This document shows positions 50,943-63,312 of a stretch of 64,000 nt of DNA, piece by piece. A program made the translations under genes and the position numbers. The notes under the pieces were generated by a model. It ran no database searches, had not been told where the DNA came from, and was given only the letters and a program-made list of their open reading frames with translations. The stretch is from Paragordius varius (Eukaryota; Animalia; Nematomorpha). The stretch lies in NCBI GenBank assembly GCA_964247055.1, contig OZ176054.1, positions 13,392,001 through 13,456,000 of the forward strand, given 5' to 3'. The stretch's first letter is position 1; every line of letters starts with the position of its first letter.

Positions 50943-53900
50943 GGGAATTGTATGCCAAACACATTGGAGAACAGAAATGGTATATTTGTGTAAGCCGGAG
51001 GAATGCTTCCTTACACTATGAACTATTTATCAATTTTACCAAAAATGGGACAGTCGCAAGCAAAAGACAAACAGTAATTTCCAACAAAAATATTTATAAT
51101 CTATACCAGGGGTGTCCAACACAAATGGCTTCGCGGGCCGTTGGAAAATATATGGATATTAACAAATATTTTATTAAATTTTATTATACCTTAGGGTGTA
51201 TGTGACAAAGGCCTTTTGTTAAAAAAATTTACTCGTTCTTTGCCAGAAAATTCGTTCTAAAAAATATTTTTTTCTTACATTCCGTGAAATTTCATGCCAC
51301 GAATGCATATTTATTTTGAATGGCCTGTTGCAGACCCCTGATCTATACCAACATTGTATTTTATATTTGAAATTACACAGAAATGTTAAAATTAAACATT
51401 TTTTTTAAAATGATCCAACTTTTCTTAAATTTTAATTTTCCTAATTCACAAGTATGTAATTAAATTTACCAATTTACCTTTGAGCCAAAACTATGGGTTT
51501 TATTTAAAAAATAAAGGTTAATAAGTAGGTTGTTTATATGGAAAAAAAACATTATCTTTTAGTTTTTGCGTTTTGCCTGTGTAAATTCAATTTTATTATT
51601 CTAATTTTATTTTTTAGTTGCTGGCATTTATTTTTTTATGAAATTTAAATAAATTTTGTAGTAATTCTTTTTATTATTTGTTATACGGATTAGAGCTAAT
51701 TGTTATCAACCATTTTATAAATTATTTTTTAGTTAATTTTTTAGATAATAAATGAAGCTTTGATCACAATAACAGTTATAAAGTGTCAAAATTAATGTCC
51801 ATTATTAAAAAATACAGCCAAGACGTAAAAAAACAATTTTTTTTATAGACAATCATATTTTCTACACAATCTATATAATTAAGTTGTGAAATGTAAAGAT
51901 TAATACCAAAATACATCGTATTTCTTATTTTGCAACGCCAAACGATAGTTTAAACTCAAAAATCATGTTTATAAAAAATGGTTTTCTTTGAAAAAAATAA
52001 TATTTGTCCTTTAATTTTACGTTTTGCATGAATAATTTCAATTTTTGCTATATATATTTATATAATATGTCATAGAATCTTGTTGGAAACTGTTTTTATA
52101 CCCTACTAAATACAAACAACTCTGGGAATTATGCTATCCGTATAAAGGTATTCGAAAATGGGCTCACCAGGAATGATTTGCAATATCCAACCTTTTATTT
52201 ACAATATGGTAAGACGAGACGGTCAGCTATGTATTTATTAAATTTTAAATGGAATTTCGTTGAACTCCTTAAAACTTATATTGTATTTATGAAAATTAAT
52301 TTTAAACGGCTGAAATAATTATAAGTATTGAGGTTGAAATTTTGGTAGCTTATAAAAGTTGTAGGACACAAATTTAAATCCCAAATTAAAAAGAGAGCGA
52401 AATAATATACAGAGGTTGAATTTTATACATGGAGTGGAGAGTAATATCTATGGGGATTTTTTATATTTCAATTATATTCTTATATCTCTAAAAAATGAGG
52501 TGTACGAATTATATCATAACTCCTTCCTTAACAGCTTTAATGGTATTAGCTATGCAAAAAAAGGAAAATTTAAAAATTTTGTTGATTTTTGCAAAATAAA
52601 TTAACTTGCGGTTCTAATAAAACATATTATTTTATAATTTCATATTCTACCCAGCCAGAGCTTTCATCTTATCTTTGTAATTTGCAAATATTTAGGTAAT
52701 TGCGATAATTCAAACCTTGGTCCAACTGCAATTTCAAGGTCTCAATGTTCCCTGGAAGCATTGAATAGCACATGTACGTATGAAATGTGCTTCTTAGACA
52801 TACAAAATCCTTGCGGAATTATTCGGTATTGTTCAGATGCTTGTGCCCAGGGTGTATTTTCCTATCCCCTACCAGTCAATATAATGTGTCGATGTAAGTA
52901 ATTTTAATTACAGCAAAATTACATTTTATTGATGTAATATAAAAAAGTTAGGGACAAATATTTTATAAAGATAGGCATATTTATTCAAACATAACTTTAT
53001 GGGTAGGACCTATCGTTTTGAGATGCGCGAGAAATTTGAAATATAGATGCAGATTGATAACACAGCCAAAAAACTGAAATTATACGGACAAAACTTAAAT
53101 ACATAAAGACAAATATTTATTTCTAAAAGACAACCATACTTTTTCAAACTTAATTTTTCCCACATAAGCTATTTAATTACAATTGTAATAGATAGATTTG
53201 ATTGTGTCACCAATATACATATCAATTTTATAAATGGCAATGTGAAACAATGAGTTTTATTTATAAAAATGGAGTTTTAAAAAGTATGGTTTTATTTTAG
53301 AAAAATTTGTGTCTTTATATTTTTACCGTCCGTATAATTCCAATTTTTAGTGTAATATTTCACGTATATTTTTGTTGCTTACAAACCGTAGCCCTAAAAG
53401 TCTTTTTTATAGCCTTGAATTTTTTACCCAATTATTTAATTTAAAAATAAAGCATGTACAATAAAAACTGAAAATATAGGGACAAAACGTAAAGACAAAT
53501 ATTTTTTTCTAAAAGACAACCATACTTTTTAAATCCTAATTTTAATAAAACTCATTGATTTAAATGGCAAAGAATGAAATAAATTAAGTTTTACTGTATG
53601 TCAATCAGTCAGACATTGTTTAAATAGTATATGGCGCGCACGGCCCAAGGGTCATTAATAAAGACCAGGGCTGGCCAACACACAGCCCACGAAAAAATTG
53701 GAAATCCAAAAATTCCGAAAATATGCCTGCAAAATCTTATTATTAATATTTTTTGAATAATATTTTAGAAATAAGTCTATTTAATAGGTAGGAACTAGAA
53801 AAAATTGGTATATTGCGTTTGCATTTTTTAGTTGTATGTTTGAATCTAATAAATTCCTAATGAAAGCCCACATACATATTTAAGCGACCATCGAGGCCAT

Positions 53901-54292
53901 TTGTTTTGGACACCATTGATATAGAATAGACCATATAGAGATTTAAAAAATCAAAATAATTACTTTTTTATATTTATGGGGTGTGTTATAATTACTTTCT
54001 TTGGTTTTTAGTTATATTAAACATGGTTTTATAATTTGCTTATAGCTTATTTTATCAAATCTATGTTTTTGGCTTTGAATGGATGGACCCTAACAATCAG
54101 TTATGAATCTATACGATCATCAATCATATTCGATCAAATAAGGATACTGGATCGCAATTCAACTGGAATACGCAGAAATTTGATTCAAGTTAGTCTTTAG
54201 TTTGCGTGTATCTACAATTCGGTAATGAGTTTTAAAAAAATTATACTTAATTCAATATTATAAAAGCTTGAAAATTTTGGAAATTAAATTAG

Positions 54293-54323
<31 letters not shown>

Positions 54324-56306
54324 TTCTATGATTATATTATCAATTTTGACATGTATATGCATTGTGTGCAAAATAATTTTTAACAAAAAATATTTTTTTT
54401 CATGAGAAGCTTATGACCAGCGTATTCATTTGCCTCAAAATTTTTTATTTGTTGACAACCTAGTTTTTGAAATATTGAGAAATCGAAATCGGGAAAAAGT
54501 GAAAATTAAGGATAATTCAAAAAAAATGATAAAATCTGAAATATTATCGTTCGTTACCATTTTAGGAGATATTTTCAATATATAAATAGCCTAAAATCAT
54601 ATGGTTAGGATTTCTATAAAATTTCAGATAAGATGGCTTCCTTTGGTAACACTTAAAAGACAAAAAAAATTAAATGAAACTAAATTAAAATAATTTTTTT
54701 AATTATTTACTTCCTAAATTCACTATTAAAATTTTAATATTCATATTTTATTCAGTAAAATAAAACCAAAAATATTGTTTTTTATTTTTGCATTTTTGGT
54801 CATTGGTTTATGAGTGTATAAAAAATTAATTCTGTTTTTTTTTGGATTTTCACATGATTAGGAATTATTAAGATAATTTATGCAAAATAGGATTGAAAAT
54901 TAGTGGAATATCAACCAACAATCCGTACAAATCCCAATACAAATATTAATTTGTCATAAAACAGATTTGTTACAGGAAATTGTAAGGATTTTTGGGTTGA
55001 TATTCCATTACTTTTCAATCCTATTGTGCATAAATTATATACTTAATAATTCCTAATATGTGAGATCCAAAATAAAATATAAATTTTTTATACACTCATA
55101 AACAGATGAAAAAAAATGCAAAAATAAAAAACAATATTTTTGGTTTTATTTTGATATAGAAGTTTATTTTACTGAATAAATTATGAATGTTAAGATTTTA
55201 ATAGTGAGTTTAGGTAGTAAATAATTAAAAAAAATTATTTTAATATAGTTTCATTTATTTTTTTTGTCTTTTCAGTGTGACAAAAGAAAAATGCCATCTT
55301 TTGACCTGAAATTTTATAGAAACCCAAACTATATGAATTTAGGCTATTTATATATTGAAAATATCTCCTAAAATGATCATAGACAATAATATTTCAAATT
55401 TATTCATCCTTAATTATCCTTAATTTTCACTTTTTGCCCGATTTCGATTTTCTCTCAATATTTCAAAAACTAGGTTGTCAACAAATAAAAATATTTGCGG
55501 CAAATGAATACGCTGGTCATAAGCTATCTCATAAAAAAAATCGTTAAATTAAAATGACCCTCTTTTTTGCACACAGTGTACATATATATATATATTCTCG
55601 TGCTGCTAGGCAGCCCAAGGAAGTCCTTCGGATTTCTGGGGAGGGAGCACATTTTTAAGGAGTAAAGGGTCTATTTAACGGCTAATTTGAAAAATCCGCT
55701 GACTAAAATTTTGACTTTTACGGGTAATACTTTAAGCAGCTATTGACCTTATATGGCCTGATAGGTTTTCTGAAATCTAGCCCCAAAATCACGCAATTTC
55801 GATATGACGGTCAGTTTTTCGCAGGTAGCTCCTTACTCAGCAGCTATCATCAATGAAAAGCTTGACTAAATTTTTTGCCTTTTAACAGGGAATGCGTGGA
55901 ATCCTTATTGAATTTTTACGGTCTCATACTTTGGGCGAAAAATAGATTTAAAAAATTATTTTGTGGACTTTGTTTTTTGAAAAAAATGGCATTTTACGGG
56001 GGGAGCGGGTAAAAAGATGGTCCAAATTAAAAAAGCGAGACGACTATGTTCACGCAATCGAAAATAATTAAACAAAAATCATATAAATTAAATAGTCCAA
56101 CACGTTCTCCGGAAAATTGTCTCAAAGGCACGATTTTTGTGGATGTTTTCAAAACCCATTTTTCACACGGGGTGAGTCCGAACTGGGGGCCTATTTCAAA
56201 AAAGGGCGAAGCTTTTGTCTGGGCATTCTTTAATGATTATATATTTTCGATGTTTGGATTTGAATATCCACCGGTTTTCCGGAACAGATCACAAAGGCAC
56301 CACTTT

Positions 56307-56350
<44 letters not shown>

Positions 56351-59300
56351 CTATGATTATATAATTAATTTCGACACCTATATATATAGTTGTCGATTGC
56401 TTCTATACACATTTTGATTGAGCATGTGGCGTCATTTGATATGACTTTGGTTTTTTCCGTTAATTTCGAGGCCATGAGATTGGCTCTCAAAATATAATTT
56501 TTCCAGGAGCCGTTTCAGAAAATATGACGGTATCATCCGCGTATTTAAGGTTATGAATTATTTCTCCGCCTGTTTTTACACCGATACGATTCTAAGTAAC
56601 TAACTTGGACCAGATATGTTCGGTGTGTAGATATTGGATAATAATGGTGAAAGGATGCGCCTTTGATCAGAGGTACCGTCTACTGTTTAAATACATGCCT
56701 CAGAGTTGCTGTATAATTTTATTATTTGAATGAGACCAGGTGTTGTGCCAATTTTTTCCAAAGCTTCTCATAGTGTGTTGTGAATAATCTTGTCAAAGGC
56801 TTTTGTGTTATCAATAAAACAGAGATAAAATGCGTTGTGTTCAATATATTTTCCATGATAATAAAAATAATACAACACTTGAAATTAAACAAAGACTAGC
56901 CATGGCCAGGGCTAAAATGAAATATATCGCAAGATATGGTAGAAAAATAACCAAAACTTCAAAATAAAATTTTTAAATACAATAATATTCCCAATCGCAA
57001 CCTATGGTTGTGAAAGCTGGGTATGCAAAAACTCTAACCAAAAAATTATACAAGCTTTTGAGCAAACCTGTTGGAGGATGGTACTTGGTAAAAAATGGAC
57101 GGACAAACCTACTAATGAATCAATTCAATCACCCTAAAATTCCAAAATGATGACAAAACGGAGATTAGGCAGCTACTTTGGTCACGTCATGAGCAATAAC
57201 GAATTGGAGAAAACAATTATGTTGGGCCTGGTAAAGGATAAACGTAATAGAGTGCACAGAAAAAGATGGTCAAAACAATAAACAGATGAAACCCACCTTA
57301 CAACCTCCTATCTGATCAATTTATCCTCAGACAGATTAGCCTGCAGAAAATTTTTCCAGGAAGTCCAGCAATAAGTTGAATATTAACTACGTTGTCATTC
57401 ATTTATTAATTCATTCATGATTGTATTATATTAAATATCTCTTAAACTTTAATATTTCTGTATTAAAATGTCAGAATAACTTGGGGTTTTTACACAGATA
57501 CTAGAGTCAAAACGGTTCCAATTCCACACAAATTTTTGTTAAAATAAATCTCGTTACAAATTTTTTATTATTGACGTTATAGTTCCATTGCTTTGTTGAA
57601 AAAAAGGCGGGCTCAATTCTCTGCTAATTTTAAAGCAATTTTTCCCTAAATAGTAAATGATTCAAATGGTTAAAAGACATGTAAAATATTTTTTTCAAAA
57701 AACAACTATACTTTAATCTTTATTTTTTCTAATATAAATCATTGTTTTAAAACTACAAATTATAATATAAATATTAATTGGCAACACATCAATTATATAT
57801 TTTACGATTGTAATTTAATGTTTTTTAGGATAAATTAAGGTTTAAAAAATTATGGTTGTCTTTTAAAATATTTGTCGTTATATTTTTACATTTTGTCCGT
57901 ATAATTTCAATTTTACCGTAACTATAATTAAAACTTATATCAAAAAACACCTTTACCTTCTTTTCAAGAACCGATTTTAGTTTTTTATTTCATTTTAAAA
58001 ACGTTTTAAGCTCATTTTTCAGGGCGCGAAAGGCCTAATTAACGCCTAATAAAAAACCGCACGATCTATATTTTTGCCTTGTTACGGGTAATATTTTAAG
58101 TAGCTATTGAGCTCATGTGGCGTGATAGGTTTTCTGAAATTTAACCCAACGGCACGTTATTTCGATATGACGGATCAGTTTGTAGGCGGGTTGCCTTTTA
58201 ACAGGGAATACTGGATTTTTACAGTCTCATACTTTGGGCGAAAATAGACCAAAAAATTATTTTTGTGGACTTATTATTTTTGAAAAAATGGCATTTTACG
58301 GGGGGAGCGGGTAAAAAGAGGGCCTAAATTAAAAAAGCGATCCGACTATGTTCGGCGCAATCGAAAATAAGTAAAAAAATCATATTTGAAATCGAATGGT
58401 CCAACACATTTTCGGGAAAATTGTCTCAAAGACACGATCTTTGTAGACTTCTGTTTTCAAAAAAACCCGTTTCTTACACGGGGTGGGCCGGGGGCCTATA
58501 TCAAAAAAGGGCGAAGCTATTGTCGGGGCATTAAATAATGATTATATTTTTTCGACATTTGGATTTGAATGGGTCTACCCGTTTTCCGAAAACAGATCAC
58601 AAAGCCACCACTTTCCATTTTTATAAATATATAGATTTCTTAAACTATTACCAATTTTTTAAATTATTCGTAGAGAGAAGACACTATAACACTAACCATT
58701 TCCAACAACGAAATAAACTGCTTTTCCTTCAAACTCTATGATGTCCACACAATCGCATCGACTGCCTATGAATTTTGCTTTTTGCGAATAACAGGTAAAT
58801 TTATACAATAAAAAACACCCTTTTAAAGCAATTTTAATATATACAGTAAAATTTAAAATTATAGAGAATAAAAAGATAAAATCTTTACAAAACATATTTT
58901 ATTTCAAAAAGCCACCATATTTTTACAATCTTAACCCCTATAATTTTTAAAATTGTAATAATATTTGAGATAATAAATAATTGAAAAAATATGATTGTCG
59001 TTAAAAAACAATTGTCGTTTAGTTTCCACGTTTTGCCTGTATAATTCCGATATTTTCCTGTAATTTTACACACAATAATGAAAATTGCTAAAACAATAAA
59101 AATTGAAACTATATGGACAAAACGTAAAATTATAAAGGCAAATATTTTTTTTCAAAAGACAACCATACTTGTTCAATCTCGATTTTATTTAATTTATTAT
59201 TTATTTGCCAAATATATATATATAGATGTATATTGGTACAATTAATTATATATACTAGCGTAAATCTCGTGCTGCTATCAGCCCGAGGAAGTCCTTCGGA

Positions 59301-59993
59301 CTTCTGGGGGGGGGGAGGAGAGGTTATTTGAAAAAAGGGACAATAAAATGATCCACATATGTGGATCAGCGAGCCGACTATGTTCGGCGCAATCGAAAAT
59401 AAGTAAATAAAAATCATATTTGAAATTGAATGGTTCAACACGTTCTCCGGAAAATTGTCTCAAAGACATGATTTTTGTGGACTTGTATTTTCAAAAAAAC
59501 CGTTTTTCACACTGGGTGGGCCTTAACTGGGGGCCTATTTCAAAAAAAGGGCTAAGCTATTGTCTGAGTATTCATTAATAATTATATTTTTTCTATATTT
59601 GGATTTGAATGGGCTTACCGATTTTCAGGAAACAGATCACAAAGCCAGCATTTTCCATTTTTATAAATATATAGATGGATGATCGTAAATATATAATATA
59701 TATAAGAATAGATTTTAAAAAGTATGGGTGTGGTCTTTTGAAAATATAAGATTTTTCACGTTTTCTCCGTATAATTATGTATAGAAAAAAAGTTTTTGAA
59801 CTTGGTAACTGTGGAATCCAAACCTTTTGCAACAGGAGGAATGAATTTTCTTTGTGGAAAATGTTTTAAAGATCATTTGAACGAAAATTTGGGTAGCTAT
59901 TTACCCAAATGCATAATGTGTGCAGAATTGGAAGGGAGCTTGGCTTACAATGTAACTCGCATCTTAGATAACATGAGAATATATCATATTTAA
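50943..59993 (+). CDS. Uncharacterised extracellular modular glycoprotein-like gene (FN3-like / Sushi-like segments); 5' end unresolved
   Basis: Six open exons with consistent phases: 50943-51073, 52076-52208, 52696-52893, 54046-54188, 58674-58794, 59836-59951/59993. The symmetric phase 1-1 Cys-rich exon (NSTCTYEMC..CAQGVFSYPLPVNIMC) is CCP-like; GNYAIRIKVFENG and CFSFKLYDV resemble FN3 F-strands. N-glycosylation sequons are present. Confidence 0.55.
51107..51340 (+). mobile_element. hAT (Buster/Charlie-type) MITE with perfect 8-bp TSD
   Basis: TIRs CAGGGGTGTCCAAC / GTTGCAGACCCCTG; TSD ATCTATAC at 51099-51106 and 51341-51348 (nnnTAnnn). Confidence 0.92.
53063..53352. mobile_element. Family A MITE, followed by a partial copy at ~53458-53600
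   Basis: AAAAACTGAAATTATACGGACAAAAC...CGTCCGTATAATTCCAATTTTTAGTG|TA. Confidence 0.85.
53666..53918. mobile_element. Degenerate hAT MITE
   Basis: CAGGGCTGGCCAAC ... TTGGACACCATTG; imperfect 8-bp flanks ATAAAGAC/ATATAGAA. Confidence 0.5.
54360..55578. mobile_element. 1.2-kb foldback element with ~570-bp inverted arms (Tc1-like termini)
   Basis: CATTGTGTGCAAAA ... TTTTGCACACAGTG|TA. The arms are collinear inverses (e.g. TTATGACCAGCGTATTCATTTGCC / GGCAAATGAATACGCTGGTCATAA) around a short spacer at ~54930-54985. Confidence 0.9.
55595..56348 (-). mobile_element. Non-autonomous Helitron-like element, copy 1 (termini eroded, (TA)n expansion)
   Basis: Shares body and the GAAGTCC-TTC-GGA(T/C)TTC hairpin with 59255-59675 and body with ~57950-58635. 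Confidence 0.7.
56420..57420. mobile_element. RTE-clade LINE relic with 5' inversion (RT core on minus, 3' end on plus)
   Basis: Minus strand ~56865-56420: YLCFIDNTKAFD, QRRILSPL, GVKTGGEIIHNLKYADDTVIFSE (YADD at 56543-56532), HGLEIN. Plus strand ~56860-57373: EIKQRLAMAR, IFPIATYGCESW, AFEQTCWRMVL, RRLGSYFGHVM, LEKTIMLGLVKDKR, DRLACR. Stops and frameshifts present; ATTC-like tail near 57400. Confidence 0.92.
57670..57920. mobile_element. Family A MITE
   Basis: Right arm TTTTGTCCGTATAATTTCAATTTTACCG|TA. Confidence 0.75.
57950..58635 (-). mobile_element. Non-autonomous Helitron-like element, copy 2 (3' end unclear)
   Basis: Minus-strand start A|TCTATATATTTATAAAAATGGAAAG; body shared with the other two copies. 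Confidence 0.7.
59255..59675 (-). mobile_element. Non-autonomous Helitron, complete 421-bp copy inserted in a Family A MITE (~59095-59790)
   Basis: Minus strand A|TC...GAAGTCCGAAGGACTTC hairpin...CTAG|T, no TSD; MITE left arm at 59095-59254 and right arm at 59676-59790. Confidence 0.85.
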
Positions 59994-60016
59994 AAACTTT
60001 ATTTTATATATGCATA

Positions 60017-60318
60017 CAGTAATAAGTTGAATTATACGAAAACAAAATGAAAAAATATAAATACATTTTTTTTTCAAAAAACAAACAACAACCATACTTT
60101 TTTATACCTTATTTTTTGCTATATGAAATATTTTCTTACAATCGTAAACTATATAAATGATTGTGCTACCAATTTACATTTTTATTTTACATTTTGCAGT
60201 TTAAAACAATGAGTTATATTTAAAAAAAATCAACATGCAAAAAATATGGTTGTCTTTTAGAAAAAAATATTTGTACTTATATTTTTACGTTTTGTCCATA
60301 CAATTTCAATTTTTACTG
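60017..60318. mobile_element. Family A MITE
   Basis: TA|CAGTAATAAG...TTTTTACTG|TA. Confidence 0.85.
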
Positions 60319-60901
60319 TATATTCATCGTGTAGTGTATATTTATATTTGCATTTGCCATTATAATTTATATTTTTGGAGATTATGATATTTTGAATAAA
60401 TAAATCTGGCGTAAGAGTCAATTTTACAGATTTAAAATGAATATTGTCAGTTTACATTTTGTACAAAAAATACTTTTATTTATTAAATTTTTAATAAAGC
60501 AAATTGTAAATTCAAACCTTGTCAAACCATGGCCCTGTATTATTTTAAAAAAAATTGATTTATTTATTTGCACTATAAATATCTGGAAATATGTCAAACA
60601 TCTATGAAATTTGTGTCGGTATATGGTGCATTACCCTTGAAACATGATAATTATCTTTTGCGCCCTTTAAAAAATTACGTGTGGACCACCGTTTTAAATT
60701 AAATAACTCTACATAAAAAATTGGTATTCAGTGTTAAGGTAATTTACCTGCTTAAAATAATATTTCGAGTCACTATGTCACGAGAGAGAAAGTCCTAACT
60801 TTTTAGATTTATTCATAACTTTAATAAATATAGATATAATTTATACAGGTTAACCGAAATGGGAATATTTAGATAAAAGATTGTTTTACTAATGCCTCTT
60901 G

Positions 60902-61497
60902 GCAATTAGACTTGAACAATTCAAGTTGGTCCTTAGATTTTTTTGTTTTGTTTTTAATTTTTATCAATTCGTAAATAATTCATTTATTTTATTTTTTTAA
61001 CCTATTTTTTATTATTTAAAATAAATTTTAAATCGATATCAACTTTTAATCTTTGAGAAAACGTATATCTTTATTAATTTCTTAAAATAATTTTAGATAT
61101 TTATAAGATTTTAACACGAAATAAAAAAATATATAAGTTTTCAGGGTTATTAATTAAATTTTTTTAAAAATAATCAAAAGTCAATAATTTTGTTGAATTG
61201 AAAAAATATAGTTGAAACAAAAAAGTTGTTTTCAATAAATTTTTTTATTTTTAAATGAATAAATATATAATAAATAAAGAAAATTAGGTTATAATAATAA
61301 AATTAAAAAGTAAATGCAAAAATTATGGTTACAAAATTTATAAATTTTAAGGACCAACTTGAACTGTTTAAGGACCAACTTGAACTGTTCAAGGACCAAC
61401 TTGGATTGTTCAAGGGCCAACTTGGATTGTTCAAGGGCCAACTTGAATTGTTCAAGGACCAACTTGAAGTGTTCAAGGGCACTCTTGAAGTGCAAAT
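60902..61497. mobile_element. Family V TIR element, copy 3 (6 x 21-bp units from 61349), outside the duplication
   Basis: Same internal AT-rich body and repeat unit as 621-1163 and 19171-19898; different flanks, eroded termini. Confidence 0.8.
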
Positions 61498-62240
61498 TAA
61501 AAAATATAACTTGTTCATACATTAAGTAAAAAAACTACTATCATTGCATTTAAAATGAGGGGGTATAAAAAATAACCGGATCAAAAATATATATTCTTAT
61601 CAAAAAAAGTATTATTATCATGGTGCTTTTGGTTTTAGCCCTTATGAGTAATATAATAAAGAGTTGTTTATACTTTTGTGGTAAGAGCCCTATAGAAAAT
61701 GTTTAAATGTGCGCTCATTTTTTTTAAATAAAGCTTTTTTATTGTATGCTAAATGTTTCATTGTAAAAACATTATTAAATTATATCATCATAAACTACGT
61801 ATATCTATATTTTTTATAAATTCAAGCTACCAAAATAGGCTAGTGTTTCAAAACAAGCGCATCAATGCTATAATTGGGCCTTAAAATTTAAATATATGTG
61901 AAATTATGATATCATTTAAAATTATATTAAAAAAAGCATACTTTTGAAGATTTTTTTAGAAAAACTTTGTAGCACACTTTAAATTATTTGCAATCATGAT
62001 GGAAATGGTGGAACAACGCTTTAAAATATTAAAAAGACTTTTTTTATAAAATTAGATGGTACTGAACATTTCTACCACTTAAAATTTTTAAATCAATTAT
62101 TCCTTCATCTTAAAGTAAAAATGTGTTTTGTTACAAAAATAACTAAAAATTAACAAAACCTTAATATTAAAATTATGAGATTATAAAAATGTTCAGCATC
62201 ATTGTATATAGAAAAAATATAATATCTTAGAACATTTTAA

Positions 62241-62795
62241 ACACTTCGATTTTTGAGGTATCTAAATACCCCCAAACTAAATTTAAGTTGAAATTTTTAA
62301 AAAAACTGTCCCAATTTAAATTTATGCTTTTATCCTAAAGATAATCATATAAATAATCCAAAATATCTAAATAAAACTTCGTTATGTAAAAAAATTCCAC
62401 ATCAAATTACTTCGACGCCATTTTTATTTTACAACATTTTTGAAAAATATCGTGATTATTTGATTTTAAAGCTAAAAAGAACGCTATTTTTTTATTTATA
62501 TCACATCTAACATTGATAAAAACAGAAAAAATGGTATTTAGAAATTTTTTAAATTTAGCATGGTCACATGTCATGTTGACTAAAATTTTACCTTGAGGTT
62601 TTACCTAAAAATAAGTAATGTCAAGCATTTTTGTGAAATTTTTTATATAGTTCATTAGCGCTATAAATGTCCAAATTTTTGCCATGGTTTTAATTCATTT
62701 CATATATTTTAATTATTTAATTTTAAACAGGCCTGGGGTATCCAATTACCCCAATTCGAATCGAGGAACTAAAATGAATGTGGTGTATCCAAGTG
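62241..62795. mobile_element. Family B piggyBac-like MITE, copy 3
   Basis: TTAA|ACACTTCGAT...ATCCAAGTG|TTAA. Confidence 0.8.
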
Positions 62796-63312
62796 TTAAA
62801 TCGTTTCTAACACACATCAAAAAAATAATAAACAATTAAGAGCAGAGGTATTCAAATCGTGGCCATAAAATACTTTTTATAGCCCTGAAGTTTTTACTTT
62901 GAGTTATATCAGAGAATTTTTTAAACCGCATTAGAATTTATCGATATTGCCATAAAACAGTATGTATTGGCCCTTTAAAAAATTATGGCCACCCCCACTG
63001 ATTAAGATTTGAAACATTTTTAAATGCATGCCGTGGACTTTCAATTCAGTACCTTTAATTACCATATTAAGCCACAAATATTTAAATTTATGGTTGAGCT
63101 AGACAGATGAACTCTATAAGTTAGAAAATTGTAAAAAGTAATCTAATAAAAGAAAACGTATGTTTGGCAAAACAACTATTAAAGGAACACTAACTATCCG
63201 AAGTCATCGTCAAAATGAAAGGTAATTAAGTGTTAAAACACAAAATAAAACCTTTTTATTTTTCGCGCTTTACAAGGTCCAGGCACTCGTGAAATCATCT
63301 GTATTTTCCGTC

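Noticed and set aside
56046-56417. ORFs within Helitron, MITE or microsatellite sequence (56046, 58538, 59130, 59278, 59593, 10254, 5725)
   Set aside because: They lie in non-coding repeat bodies, are not conserved between copies and show no Rep/helicase or transposase motifs.
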